From contig JADLGN010000015.1 in assembly GCA_020849295.1 (NCBI GenBank), forward strand, positions 91,168 to 155,167: 64,000 nt of DNA. The letters run 5' to 3'. Below the pieces are notes generated by a model. It made no database searches. It saw only the letters and a list, made by a program, of their open reading frames with translations, and was not told the DNA's origin. This DNA is from Bacteroidia bacterium. Lineage in GTDB: Bacteria; Bacteroidota; Bacteroidia; NS11-12g; UBA9320. A program made the translations under genes and the position numbers. Below, in pieces: positions 31,933 to 42,687 of the stretch; within the stretch, counting starts at the first letter, position 1; each line of letters begins with the position of its first letter.

Positions 31933-32134
31933 GGCTTCAAATTTAAAAAAAATATTTGAAGTAAAGAATTTATCTTATTTGCTATAATGAAAATTGAATA
32001 TGACAGATTAAATTATAAAAATATTCATTTTGAAATTCAGTGAATTAAAATAATTTTTACATAAATGATTGTATATAGTTTGGCGATATTAAATTTTTCA
32101 TACATTTGAAATATCTAATTAACACTTATTTTAT

Positions 32135-35100
32135 ATGAAAAAGTATTACATATTATTATTAGGATTATTGCTCATTGGATGGGCGATACCTGCAGCAGCA
32201 CAAAACCGGACTATTACCGGTAAAGTAACATCAGCTACCGACAAAGAACCAATTCCCGGTGTCTCGGTAGTTGTAAGAGGTACCACAATTGGTACAACTA
32301 CAGACATTAATGGTAAGTACTCAGTTACTGTTTCTTCTTCAAAATCTGTACTAATTTTTTCCTACATTTCAATGAAAACAGTAGAAATTGCTATTGGTAG
32401 CAATACTACAATTGATTTGTCTATGGAAGATGACGGAAAAGGATTAGATGAAGTAGTAGTAACAGCAGTCGCATTAGAAAAATCAGCAAAATCACTTGGT
32501 TACTCTACCCAAAAAGTAAATGGGAAAGAGGTTTCTGAATCAGGTGAGCAAAACGTAATTCAGGGTTTATCAGGAAAAGCAGCCGGAGTTTTTGTTCAAG
32601 GTACAAGCGGTACACCTGGGGCTTCAAGTAAAATCTTGCTTCGCGGTAATGTAACATTTGAAGGAAACAATCAGCCACTTATTGTAATTGACGGGTTGCC
32701 TATTGACAACAGCACATCAAATACAGTAGCGTCTGATTATCCTTTCAACATGAATCTTCAGGGAGTTAATAACTCAAACAGAGGAATTGATATAAATCCT
32801 GACGACATTGAGTCTATCAATATTTTGAAAGGTCCGGCCGCTGCCGCACTTTATGGAGCTCAGGCAGCTAGTGGTGCTATTATTATTACTACCAAAAAAG
32901 CCAGAGCAAAAGGAAAGGGCAAAGGTTTTGGAGTTGTATATTCTACAAGTATTGAACTTCAAAAAGTAAATAAACTTCCTGAATTACAAACCAAATATGG
33001 TCAAGGAAACGGTGGCGGAGCTTTATTAAAAAGCAAACTTACCGGAAAATTAGACTCTGTTGTTGAACAAGGTAAATACAGTCCATCTGCTGTAAATAGC
33101 TGGGGTCCAATTATACCTACTGACAAGGCTTATGATAATATGGAAGAATTCTTTAAACGTGGAGAAGTTTATAATAACAGCATTACATTAAATGCATTTA
33201 ATGAAAAATCTTCACTGCGTTTGTCTATGGCAAATTTGAAACAAAGCGGTATTATTCCAAATTCAGATTATAAGAGAAATACTATAACTGTAAATGCAGA
33301 CCATAAAATAAGCGATAAGTTTAGTTTTGGAACAGCTTTCAGTTATGTAAATTCAGGAGGTACTTTAGTTCAAAACGGAAGTAATCTTGCAGGTGTTATG
33401 CTCGGTCTTACCCGTACTCCCACAGATTATAGACTTGACGACCCAACAAGTACAGGCGAAAATGGCTGGACAAATGCGGATGGTTCACAAAGACAGTGGT
33501 ATCCATTATATGATAATCCACACTGGAGTGTAAGAAACAATCCTTATACTACTGATGTAAACCGTATGTATGGAAATATTAATTTCAAAGCAACTCCATT
33601 TACATTTATGGACTTAACATATCGTCTTGGAACAGATGTATATACTGACAAACGTGTTTCAATATTTTCTATTGGCTCAAACCAACCTGACAATGCACCA
33701 GGTGGTGAAATCAATCAGAACATTCAAACATACAGATATGTTTATCAAGATGTTATTGCTACTTTCAAAAGAAGTCTTACTGATGATATAGTTGGAAGCT
33801 TGGCATTGGGAAGCAATTTACAATATGAAAGAAGTGAAGACCAGTTTTTAAGAGGAAGAGACCTTACAATTCCAAATTATTATAATCTGGCAAATGCATC
33901 AAATTTGTATGCAAACGGTTCTTATGGAATACTTAAAAAATCAGGTATTTTCGGTGATTTGAATCTTAGTTATAAAGAGTATTTGTTTTTAAATGTTACC
34001 GGACGTCAGGACAGATGGTCATCATTTAATAAAACTATTCTATACCCTTCTACTTCACTTGCATTTATTTTTTCAGATTTCGTAAAGCAAAAATGGCTTA
34101 CATTTGGTAAATTACGTATTGCTTATGCAAAAGCAGGAAAAGGACCAGGAGCATATCGTACACAAAATTACTATGCAAAACCAAGCTTTACTGATGGATT
34201 TACTTCAGGACTTGGATTTCCATATTTATCACAAAACGGATTTGGAATTAGTAACACTTTAAATGATCCAAATATTAAACCTGAAACTACTTCATCAACA
34301 GAAATAGGACTTGATATTAGATTTTTTGAATCAAGATTGAGATTTGATATAACATCTTACAATCAACAATCAAAAAACATCATTCTTTCATTACCAATTG
34401 CTCCATCTTCAGGATTTAGAGCACTTTATACAAATTCTGGTGAAATGGAAAATAAAGGTATCGAAATTGTGGCAACAGGCAACCCATATAAAAACAAAAA
34501 TTTTAATTGGGATATAAGTTTGAACTTTAACAGAAATAAAAATAAAGTTAAAAAACTTGGTAATGGTGTTGAAGAGTTAGCCCCAGAAGCTGCTTTCAGT
34601 TCAAATCAAGCTTATGCAATTGTTGGAGAGCCATTTGGTGTATTATATGGTACAAAATGGTTGAGAAATGACCAAGGTCAGCTTTTAATAAAATCAAATG
34701 GTTTGCCGGCGGTTGACCCACAAAAAGGCAACATAGGAAGTCCATATCCAGACTGGATGATGGGCTTAAGAAATACTTTTACATATAAAGGAGTAAGACT
34801 TACAGGCTTATTAGATATTAGAGAAGGTGGAGTTATATGGAACGGTACTTATGCACGATTAAACAGAATGGGCAGAACACAGGAATCAGCAGAACAAAGA
34901 AATGGATACTACATTATTAAAGGTGTAAAACAAAGCGACGGCACTGATAACGATATACCGGTATCTGCATCTGCTTATTGGCAAACATATCAAGGCGACG
35001 GAGGTTCTTATGCGTCAGAAAATGCTATGCAAGATGCATCTTGGGTTAGATTGAGAGAAATTGGTATTTCTTACAATTTGAAGGTAAAACAAATTGAAAA

Positions 35101-35278
35101 ATACATTAAATCAATTGATTTAGGAATAGTAGGTAAAAATTTATGGCTAAGTACAGAATACAAAGGTGTTGATCCTGAGACAAGTTTGACAGGTGCAGGT
35201 TCTAACATCGGAGGATTTGATTACTTTAACAATCCGGGTTTGAAATCTTGGATTTTCAGTCTTAAAGCAAACTTTTAA
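32135..35278 (+). CDS. SusC/RagA-family TonB-dependent outer-membrane transporter
   Basis: There is a signal peptide and a carboxypeptidase-regulatory-like N-terminal domain (TITGKVTS..PIPGVSVVVRGTT..TDINGKYS). A TonB plug region and a 1047-aa barrel follow. The protein ends in a C-terminal F. Confidence 0.9.
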   Translation: MKKYYILLLGLLLIGWAIPAAAQNRTITGKVTSATDKEPIPGVSVVVRGTTIGTTTDINGKYSVTVSSSKSVLIFSYISMKTVEIAIGSNTTIDLSMEDDGKGLDEVVVTAVALEKSAKSLGYSTQKVNGKEVSESGEQNVIQGLSGKAAGVFVQGTSGTPGASSKILLRGNVTFEGNNQPLIVIDGLPIDNSTSNTVASDYPFNMNLQGVNNSNRGIDINPDDIESINILKGPAAAALYGAQAASGAIIITTKKARAKGKGKGFGVVYSTSIELQKVNKLPELQTKYGQGNGGGALLKSKLTGKLDSVVEQGKYSPSAVNSWGPIIPTDKAYDNMEEFFKRGEVYNNSITLNAFNEKSSLRLSMANLKQSGIIPNSDYKRNTITVNADHKISDKFSFGTAFSYVNSGGTLVQNGSNLAGVMLGLTRTPTDYRLDDPTSTGENGWTNADGSQRQWYPLYDNPHWSVRNNPYTTDVNRMYGNINFKATPFTFMDLTYRLGTDVYTDKRVSIFSIGSNQPDNAPGGEINQNIQTYRYVYQDVIATFKRSLTDDIVGSLALGSNLQYERSEDQFLRGRDLTIPNYYNLANASNLYANGSYGILKKSGIFGDLNLSYKEYLFLNVTGRQDRWSSFNKTILYPSTSLAFIFSDFVKQKWLTFGKLRIAYAKAGKGPGAYRTQNYYAKPSFTDGFTSGLGFPYLSQNGFGISNTLNDPNIKPETTSSTEIGLDIRFFESRLRFDITSYNQQSKNIILSLPIAPSSGFRALYTNSGEMENKGIEIVATGNPYKNKNFNWDISLNFNRNKNKVKKLGNGVEELAPEAAFSSNQAYAIVGEPFGVLYGTKWLRNDQGQLLIKSNGLPAVDPQKGNIGSPYPDWMMGLRNTFTYKGVRLTGLLDIREGGVIWNGTYARLNRMGRTQESAEQRNGYYIIKGVKQSDGTDNDIPVSASAYWQTYQGDGGSYASENAMQDASWVRLREIGISYNLKVKQIEKYIKSIDLGIVGKNLWLSTEYKGVDPETSLTGAGSNIGGFDYFNNPGLKSWIFSLKANF

Positions 35279-35297
35279 TTAATAGGAGGACAAAATC

Positions 35298-36710
35298 ATG
35301 AAAAAATTATTTATAATATTAACATTATCATTACTTGTAATAACTCAAGGATGTAAAAAATTTACGGATGGAGATAAAATTTCTCCAAATTCTCCAAGTA
35401 CAGTAACTCCTGCTTTATTGCTATCAAATTGTGAGTTGGCATTATTTGCTGCTTATGGAGGAAATCTGGCAAGAACTACTTCTATTTTTACTCAGCAAAG
35501 TTCTGGTAATACTGACCAGGCTTTTATTTATGAAAAATACGGTATGGTAGAAGGAGATTATGATAACGAGTGGCAAACACTTTATTCAAGCGGTTTGATT
35601 AATACCAAAAAACTTATTTCAAGAGCAGGTACAGCAAATCCACGCTATACTGGAATAGCAAAGGTATTACAGGTTATGATGATTGGTGCAGCTACTGATC
35701 TTTGGGGAGATGTACCATATAGCCAGGCTTGCAAAGGCGATGATATGACAGAAGCATCTTTAAAACCTGCTTACGACAAGCAAGAAGATGTTATCAAAGC
35801 TATGCAAGCATTGCTTACTGAAGCAATTGCTGAATTAGGACAGGCTGATGATAAAAATATTATTCTGCCCGGAGCAGACGATTATATTTTTGGAGGCGAC
35901 AAAGATAAGTGGATAAGAACAGCATGGATGCTAAAAGCACGTTATGAAATGAGACTTAGCAAAAAAAGTTCTACAGCATCACAAAATACACTTACTGCCC
36001 TTACAGCAGCTTATGCAGCAGGCTTAGCAAGTAGTGATGATGATTGCAATTTGATTTTTGGGACTAATGCAAATGAGTATAATCAATGGTATGCATTCTG
36101 CAAAGTAGAAAGAGAAGGATATATAAGAATGGGTGCAAAACTTGTAAATATGATGAAAGCTATAAATGACCCACGTTTGCCAATGTACTGCGCTTTGAGC
36201 GATACAACAGAATATTTGGGAACTCCTGCAGGTGAAGCAGAAATGATACCTTATGCAGGCAAAGTATCAACAATAGGCACATATTATGCATCTCCAAATT
36301 CTGTTTTACCAATGATTACTTTTGTAGAGGCAAAGTTTCTTGAAGCAGAAGCTAAATTAGGTACTGATAAAGACGGAGCAGCAAAAGCATACAATGCTGC
36401 CGTTATTGAACACATAACAAAGGTAACAGGAACAGCCCCCGATGCAGCTTATGTAACTGCAAATGCTTCTGAAAATGCAGGCAGTATAACTCTTGAAAAA
36501 ATTATTAATCAAAAATATATTGCATTATTTACCCAGATAGAAGCATATAATGACTGGCGCCGTACAGGTTTCCCAACAATAACTAAAGCTACCGGTGCTA
36601 CTTCTGATATTCCTCGCAGATTGCCTAATGTACTTGAAGAAAGACAGTATAATCCTAATGCAACCATAGTTTCTGACATGTCAGTTCCTGTATGGTGGGA
36701 TAAAAACTAA
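35298..36710 (+). CDS. SusD/RagB-family nutrient-binding outer-membrane lipoprotein
   Basis: It has a lipoprotein signal (LVITQGCKK). It lies 20 bp after the SusC-like gene, is about 470 aa, and is TPR-like helical. Confidence 0.8.
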   Translation: MKKLFIILTLSLLVITQGCKKFTDGDKISPNSPSTVTPALLLSNCELALFAAYGGNLARTTSIFTQQSSGNTDQAFIYEKYGMVEGDYDNEWQTLYSSGLINTKKLISRAGTANPRYTGIAKVLQVMMIGAATDLWGDVPYSQACKGDDMTEASLKPAYDKQEDVIKAMQALLTEAIAELGQADDKNIILPGADDYIFGGDKDKWIRTAWMLKARYEMRLSKKSSTASQNTLTALTAAYAAGLASSDDDCNLIFGTNANEYNQWYAFCKVEREGYIRMGAKLVNMMKAINDPRLPMYCALSDTTEYLGTPAGEAEMIPYAGKVSTIGTYYASPNSVLPMITFVEAKFLEAEAKLGTDKDGAAKAYNAAVIEHITKVTGTAPDAAYVTANASENAGSITLEKIINQKYIALFTQIEAYNDWRRTGFPTITKATGATSDIPRRLPNVLEERQYNPNATIVSDMSVPVWWDKN

Positions 36711-36729
36711 TTTCTTGTTTATTAAGAAC

Positions 36730-36766
36730 AAAATCCCCAAAGGTTTTCTTTTGGGGATTTTTTTTT
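36730..36766 (+). terminator. Rho-independent terminator downstream of the SusD-like gene (stem aaaatccccaaa paired with tttggggatttt, followed by a T-run)
   Basis: A GC-cored 12-bp stem with a short loop is followed by TTTTTTTTT. Confidence 0.6.
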
Positions 36767-36801
36767 ATAACAATTCTTTTTTTTACTAAATTGCACATAA
36801 T

Positions 36802-38625
36802 ATGAAAACAATATTTTTTTCAAAATTTTATATCACAGTATTAGTCTTTATTATAATGTCAATATCAAGTTGCAACAATACAAATAACAAAAATTTCAAA
36901 AATGAAGTACAAAAATTTCTAGATGCATATAATTTAGAGTTTCAAAAATTACTAACTGCAAACAACGAAGCACAATGGAAACTTAATACAATGATAATAG
37001 AAGGTGATACAGTAACTTCAAAAAAGGCAAGTGATGCTGCAGAAAAATATGCTGATTTTACCGGGAGCAAAGCAAATATTGAAAAAGCAACAAATTTTTT
37101 AAAATCAAAAGATAAATTAGATGCAATTCAGATAAAACAATTAGAAACCATACTCTTTCTTGCTGGAGCTAATCCTGAAACAGTAAAAGATATTGTAAAG
37201 AAAAAAATAAAAGCAGAAACTGACCAAGTTGGTTTGCTTTATGGGTTTAAATATGTGATAAACGGTAAAGAAGTTACAACTAATAATATTGATGAAATAT
37301 TAAGAATATCAAATAAACTTGATGATAGACTTACAGCATGGACTACAAGCAAAGAAGTTGGCAAAACACTTAAAAACGGACTCGAAAATTTAAGAAATTT
37401 AAGAAATCAATCTGTTCAACCTCTTGGGTATAAAGATTTTTTTGCTTATCAAGCCTCCGAGTATGGTATGACAAGTGAAGAAATTATGCAAAGTTGCAAT
37501 GATATGATAAATGAAGTATGGCCATTATATCGCGAATTGCATACATGGGCACGATACGAACTTGCAGCCAAATACAAACAAGAAGTGCCTGAATATTTGC
37601 CAGCTCATTGGCTTCCAAACAGGTGGGGTCAAGACTGGACAGCAATGATAAATTCATCAGGAATAAACTTAGATGAAAAACTTAAAGAAAAAAATGCCGA
37701 ATGGATAGTTAAACAAGGAGAAGAATTTTATAAAAGTCTTGGATTTAGTCCTCTTCCTGCTTCATTTTATGAAAAATCAAGTTTATACCCTTTGCCTGCT
37801 GACGCTAAGTATAAAAAAAATAATCATGCAAGTGCATGGCATATTGATAACGATAAAGACGTTAGAAGTTTAATGAGTGTAGAACCAAATACTGATTGGT
37901 GGGGTACTGTTTTGCATGAGTTAGGACACATCTATTATTATATATCTTATTCAAACAAAGACGTACCTTTAATTTTAAGAGGAGGAGCAAACCGCGCTTA
38001 TCATGAAGCAATGGGAAGTCTTATTGGTTTGGCAGCATTACAAAAACCATTCTTGCAAAATTTTGGGTTGATTGATAAAAATGCAAAATCTAACGATACT
38101 ATTAATATGCTCAAAGAATCGCTTGATTTTATAGTTCATATTCCTTGGGGAGCAGGAGTAATGACTGCATTTGAACACGATATTTATTCAAAAAATATTT
38201 CTATAAATCAGTTTAACAAAACATGGTGGGATTATGTAAAAAAATATCAAGGAATAGTTCCACCAAATGAAAGAGGTGAAGAATATTGCGATGCAGCTAC
38301 CAAAACTCATATAAATGACGATGCTGCACAGTATTACGACTACTCTATGAGTAATGTATTACTTTTTCAGTTTCATGATTATATTTCTAACAAAATTTTA
38401 AAACAAGACCCACATAACACAAATTACTGGGGGAGTAAAGAAACAGGAAAATTTTTACAAAATATTATGTATTCAGGTGCAAGTGTTGACTGGCGTGAAC
38501 ATCTAAAAAAGAATCTGGGTTCTGATATGAGTGCAAAACCTATGATAGATTATTTTGAGCCGCTTTTAGTTTATTTGAAAAGAGTAAATAAAGGCAGAAA
38601 ATATACTTTGCCCAATAAGTTATAA
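36802..38625 (+). CDS. M2-family (angiotensin-converting-enzyme-like) peptidyl-dipeptidase, lipoprotein
   Basis: It has a lipoprotein signal (ISSCNN). The zinc motif TVLHELGHIYYYISY resembles the ACE motif HHEMGHIQY. A downstream E lies in the EAMGSL context. Confidence 0.65.
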   Translation: MKTIFFSKFYITVLVFIIMSISSCNNTNNKNFKNEVQKFLDAYNLEFQKLLTANNEAQWKLNTMIIEGDTVTSKKASDAAEKYADFTGSKANIEKATNFLKSKDKLDAIQIKQLETILFLAGANPETVKDIVKKKIKAETDQVGLLYGFKYVINGKEVTTNNIDEILRISNKLDDRLTAWTTSKEVGKTLKNGLENLRNLRNQSVQPLGYKDFFAYQASEYGMTSEEIMQSCNDMINEVWPLYRELHTWARYELAAKYKQEVPEYLPAHWLPNRWGQDWTAMINSSGINLDEKLKEKNAEWIVKQGEEFYKSLGFSPLPASFYEKSSLYPLPADAKYKKNNHASAWHIDNDKDVRSLMSVEPNTDWWGTVLHELGHIYYYISYSNKDVPLILRGGANRAYHEAMGSLIGLAALQKPFLQNFGLIDKNAKSNDTINMLKESLDFIVHIPWGAGVMTAFEHDIYSKNISINQFNKTWWDYVKKYQGIVPPNERGEEYCDAATKTHINDDAAQYYDYSMSNVLLFQFHDYISNKILKQDPHNTNYWGSKETGKFLQNIMYSGASVDWREHLKKNLGSDMSAKPMIDYFEPLLVYLKRVNKGRKYTLPNKL

Positions 38626-38823
38626 TTACATTTTGGTTTTATTTGAATCAATATTTTTTCTTTGTCTTTTCCGTAAAAAATACATAAATACAGCAACCAC
38701 AAATACAAGCCCGAATAACTGAAAATGTTGGCTTGATATACCTTTTTGATTATATCCAACTATCATTTCTACAATTGAAATGGCTGCAATTGCAAGCCAC
38801 ATTATTTCTATAAATCTTCTCAT
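38626..38823 (-). CDS. Small two-TM membrane protein (hypothetical)
   Basis: The 65-aa product has two hydrophobic helices and a basic C-terminus. Only ORF-level evidence supports it. Confidence 0.3.
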   Translation of the reverse strand: MRRFIEIMWLAIAAISIVEMIVGYNQKGISSQHFQLFGLVFVVAVFMYFLRKRQRKNIDSNKTKM

Positions 38824-38824
38824 T

Positions 38825-39379
38825 TTATTTTACTGTAATTCTACCTCTGAGTTTTTTGATTCTGTATCTTGTAAAATTTTGATTAGATTCAAGACCATCA
38901 CCATATAGTATTTCATCAGGGGTTTTTATTTTTACAAATTTATCTGTATAAATTTTTTCAGTTTGTTGATTCCATATAAGTTTTTCGGTTTCTAATTCTT
39001 CGCCTCTAATATTCAAAACCCTTACATTGTTTTTTATAATCACAATCTTTTTATTTTCGTAGCTAATTGCATATTCTGAAGTTAGCGAACTTTCAATCTT
39101 TCCATTTTTATTATAAAAAAATGCTTTTACACCTTTCTTCATTTCAGAGTATGGTTCAGTTTTTCCGGTATAATGTTCAATGACAGTTGAGTAAATTTTT
39201 GCTTTTAATAATCCGGAATCTGTATAATTTATCATAACTTCTTTCGCTTTTTCAACTCCGGGTTCAAGTTTCATTTTACTTATTTTATTCAACTTTTCGT
39301 TTTCATTTTTACAAGAAGCAAATAAAATTATTATAATTACCGATGTAAAAAGTTTATGATAATGCATGAACTTCATCAA
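38825..39379 (-). CDS. LptC-like periplasmic lipoprotein (DUF1239/OstA-N-like)
   Basis: It has a lipoprotein signal (LFASCKN). The position downstream of coaX and a conserved OMP matches the Bacteroidota lptC neighbourhood. Confidence 0.45.
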   Translation of the reverse strand: MMKFMHYHKLFTSVIIIILFASCKNENEKLNKISKMKLEPGVEKAKEVMINYTDSGLLKAKIYSTVIEHYTGKTEPYSEMKKGVKAFFYNKNGKIESSLTSEYAISYENKKIVIIKNNVRVLNIRGEELETEKLIWNQQTEKIYTDKFVKIKTPDEILYGDGLESNQNFTRYRIKKLRGRITVK

Positions 39380-40707
39380 TTGTATAATCTTTTGTTAAAC
39401 CATTTATCAGCCAAGTTTAAACCAAGAGTAAATCTAAAATAATTTTCTTCTATAAGATTGTTTTGAGTTGTACCTTTTTTTACAAATTCACCTGATAAGA
39501 AAATACGTGAGGTTACTATTGTTCTGCTTCCGTCAATGTGCTTATGAACTTGTGTAAATGGAAGACCTAAGCCAATACATAATGCTGTTTCTCTAATATT
39601 TTTTTCTTTAATATTTATGAATCCGTTACTTTGATAATAGCCTATACTATATCTAATACTTTTAAAGTAATTTTTTATTTTTTCTGTTTTTACAGATTTA
39701 TCATAAAAGGATTTTGGACATACGAAAAATCCTAAAGAAAAACTATTTTCATCTGTAAATTGATTATTGTTTCCAAAAACATTTTTATACTTACTCCAAA
39801 AATTTTTGAAATATGCGCCACTTGCTTGCCATTTTTCGCCTTTGCCAATAGTATATGACACATTTATAGAGTTTGGAAGTGAAACATTTGTTTTTTTTTC
39901 TTTTTCAAGCAAAATTGTATCCCATTCTATTTCTGAGCCTGTATATAACTCAGTAAAAGTATAAACTAAGCGGTTTTGTTCACCTTTTAATTTTGTAAAA
40001 CCTGTATATGAAATTCCTAAAACATGATTAAATCCTGAATCTCTCGAGATATGAAATTGTAAACCCAAATCTAGTCTGTTTCCTCGTAAATACAAATTTC
40101 TATTATCTGAAAGACTTGTCATTATCCTGTTTCCTGGGTATCTGCGTTTTTGAGTTTCATCTACTTGCCCAAAAATATAAGAATAATTAAAACCTGCACT
40201 TGCATATTTAAAAATAGAAGTTCCCCAACCTAAACAAAATCTTGACAAACCTCCCCTTCCGGTATATTCATTTTTTATACTTATGCCCGCAGAATCTTTT
40301 GAGTTGATTATATTATACCCTACATCAGAAAATGGCAAAAGTGCAAATCCAACTCCGCTTTTAAGTTTTTTTACAGGTGCAGCAAGCGATATATAATTGA
40401 ACCCGGCATTACTAAAATCACTATTTATTGTATTTGTTTTAAATTTTCCTATATCAACAAAAGCTGATGCATTAAAAACAGTAACTTTTAAAGCAGATAA
40501 AGATGAAGGATTTTTTAGTGAATAATTGCTCTGAAATCTATATGATGAACCATTTCTACCAATTGATACATTGTCAGCAAAACCATCATAATGCAATATT
40601 CCAACACCATATAGAGAATATGGCGAACGTGTATTTTGTTGTGAAAAAGCATTTAAATACAAAATTGTAAATGCAGATATTAGGCAAAATCTCAATTTAT
40701 TTAACAT
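39376..40707 (-). CDS. Hypothetical outer-membrane beta-barrel protein (the conserved coaX neighbour)
   Basis: It has a signal peptide. It is rich in alternating aromatic and hydrophilic strands, with many G/S/N/Y residues. The length is 443 aa. Confidence 0.4.
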   Translation of the reverse strand: MLNKLRFCLISAFTILYLNAFSQQNTRSPYSLYGVGILHYDGFADNVSIGRNGSSYRFQSNYSLKNPSSLSALKVTVFNASAFVDIGKFKTNTINSDFSNAGFNYISLAAPVKKLKSGVGFALLPFSDVGYNIINSKDSAGISIKNEYTGRGGLSRFCLGWGTSIFKYASAGFNYSYIFGQVDETQKRRYPGNRIMTSLSDNRNLYLRGNRLDLGLQFHISRDSGFNHVLGISYTGFTKLKGEQNRLVYTFTELYTGSEIEWDTILLEKEKKTNVSLPNSINVSYTIGKGEKWQASGAYFKNFWSKYKNVFGNNNQFTDENSFSLGFFVCPKSFYDKSVKTEKIKNYFKSIRYSIGYYQSNGFINIKEKNIRETALCIGLGLPFTQVHKHIDGSRTIVTSRIFLSGEFVKKGTTQNNLIEENYFRFTLGLNLADKWFNKRLYN

Positions 40708-41413
40708 TATATTTTAATATGTGGTAAAGCCCCTTTAGTACCAAATCAGGGTCTGCAAATATCATATCTTTAATTTTATCTGCAAAATACATCATATCGC
40801 CTCCGGTAAATATTATTTTTAGGTTATCGTAATTGTTTTTGTATTCCTTTATTAATCCGTTTATCTCTGAAAAAGTACCAAACATAACACCATTTTTTAT
40901 AGCGTCTGATGTATTTGTACCACAAAATGAATAAATCTTGTCTTTTCTTTCAAAGGGTAATTTTTGTGTAAAACGGTTTAGTGCCTGAAATTTCATTTCT
41001 ATTCCCGGAGAAATACTACCACCTATATACTCATTATTTTTATTAATAAAATCATATTTAATACAAGTACCAATATCTATTACAAGAATATTTTCATCTT
41101 TGAAAACTGACCATGCACCAATAACAGCGGCAAGTCTGTCGTTTCCTAATGTTTCGGGAGTTTGGTATTTGTTTTTAATTGGAATTGGAGTATTATTATT
41201 CAGTATTATCATACTTTTAATATACTGATTCAACGATTTTATATCACTATTAGTTACATCTGAAATAATTACTGGAACATCAATTTTGAATTCTTTTATA
41301 AAATTTGTTAAATCTTTAAAATTTTCAAAATCGAGTTTATTTTGGATTTTGCCATCATTAAAAATAGCTGTTTTAATTCTTGTATTACCTATATCAATTG
41401 CTGCCCCGTTCAA
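40697..41413 (-). CDS. coaX: Type III pantothenate kinase
   Basis: The N-terminus AIDIGNTRIK and the GGSISPG..FTGG motifs of the CoaX/Bvg accessory-factor family are present. Confidence 0.85.
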   Translation of the reverse strand: MNGAAIDIGNTRIKTAIFNDGKIQNKLDFENFKDLTNFIKEFKIDVPVIISDVTNSDIKSLNQYIKSMIILNNNTPIPIKNKYQTPETLGNDRLAAVIGAWSVFKDENILVIDIGTCIKYDFINKNNEYIGGSISPGIEMKFQALNRFTQKLPFERKDKIYSFCGTNTSDAIKNGVMFGTFSEINGLIKEYKNNYDNLKIIFTGGDMMYFADKIKDMIFADPDLVLKGLYHILKYNVK

Positions 41414-42158
41414 ATTCTATTTCTTTATTATTAAAATTAATTATTTCGTTATTTACATCTACAATTAACTGTCCGCTATTATTTATACCTTTTATAATAC
41501 CGCTAAATTTATTTCCATTTCTGCGAAAATACTTTTTTATATTTATACCATACAGATGAGATTCATAGTTGTCTTTAATTTCTTTTTTTTCTAAGTCCTT
41601 ATATTTTGTCATACTTATATTAAATGTATCTAGAAATAAAGCTGCTATTTCATCAATATTAAAATAGTTTTTGCTTAAAGTAAATAGCGAACAAGTATTA
41701 TTTAAGTAATACGGAAATTCTTCTTCATTTACATTTAAACCTATACCAATTATTAAATTTTTTATTTTTTCGCCACTTATGTTCGACTCAATTAATATTC
41801 CTGCAATTTTACTCTCATTTACCAAAATATCATTTGGCCATTTTATTTCAATTTTTTCGTTCTTTAAATAAATTTTTAGAATATCGTACAAGGCAATAGA
41901 TACAATCATATTAATGTAAAATAGAGATGTAACATTAATATTAATATCTTTACAAATAACCGAAAGAAGCATATTTTTATCTTTGCCCGAATACCAAGTA
42001 TTTTGAGATTGACCTCTTCCGCCACTTTGAAAACCAGCAATAATTACATCTCCATGATTTGCTTTATCAGATTTCAAAAGTTGGTTTGCAAAAGAATTTG
42101 TTGAATCAAGTTCATTAAATTTATGAATAGTAAAGTTTTCAAAAAATTTATAAGCCAT
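41394..42158 (-). CDS. birA: Biotin--[acetyl-CoA-carboxylase] ligase
   Basis: The motif GFQSGGRGQSQNTWYS resembles the biotin-protein-ligase GRGRxGRxW box. Confidence 0.8.
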   Translation of the reverse strand: MAYKFFENFTIHKFNELDSTNSFANQLLKSDKANHGDVIIAGFQSGGRGQSQNTWYSGKDKNMLLSVICKDININVTSLFYINMIVSIALYDILKIYLKNEKIEIKWPNDILVNESKIAGILIESNISGEKIKNLIIGIGLNVNEEEFPYYLNNTCSLFTLSKNYFNIDEIAALFLDTFNISMTKYKDLEKKEIKDNYESHLYGINIKKYFRRNGNKFSGIIKGINNSGQLIVDVNNEIINFNNKEIEFERGSN

Positions 42159-42212
42159 AATTGAATTTTTTCCGATTTTTGCGGTTACAAAATTAAAAAA
42201 TAAAAATACTGA

Positions 42213-42584
42213 ATGTTGAAAAAAGCCGTATCAGGCAATAAATTAGCTGACATCGTTATAAAAGGGATGCAGGAAAAAAAAGCAAAAAGCATAGTAAAAA
42301 TTGACTTACGAAAACTAAAAATTTCCATTACTGATTACTTTGTTATATGTCATGCAGAATCATCAAAACAAATTGATGCAATAGCAGACTCAGTAGAAGA
42401 AGAAGTGAGAAAAACTACCGGAATAAAGCCTTATAGCCGCGAAGGTTTTATGAATGCAGAATGGATAATTATAGATTATAGTGATGTGATAGTTCATATT
42501 TTTAATAGAGAAAAAAGATATTATTATAATCTTGAAGATCTATGGGACGATGGCACTATTAAAAACTATAAAGATATAGAATAA
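42213..42584 (+). CDS. rsfS: Ribosome silencing factor RsfS (Iojap)
   Basis: Motifs are YFVICHAESSKQIDAIADSV and WIIIDYSDVIVHIF. The length is 123 aa. Confidence 0.85.
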   Translation: MLKKAVSGNKLADIVIKGMQEKKAKSIVKIDLRKLKISITDYFVICHAESSKQIDAIADSVEEEVRKTTGIKPYSREGFMNAEWIIIDYSDVIVHIFNREKRYYYNLEDLWDDGTIKNYKDIE

Positions 42585-42687
42585 TTTTTTTTAATAACTA
42601 AAACCTTAATTTCTAAATATAATAAGCACAGTAAAGTTCAACTGTTTAAGCATGATTTTTATCATTACAAAAAAGGGCAAACAAAAA

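Noticed and set aside
32060-32100. Bacteroidota -7 promoter box upstream of the SusC-like gene
   Set aside because: The nearest candidate (TATAGTTTGG around 32074-32083) does not fit TAnnTTTG without a gap. The promoter probably exists, but I cannot place it confidently.
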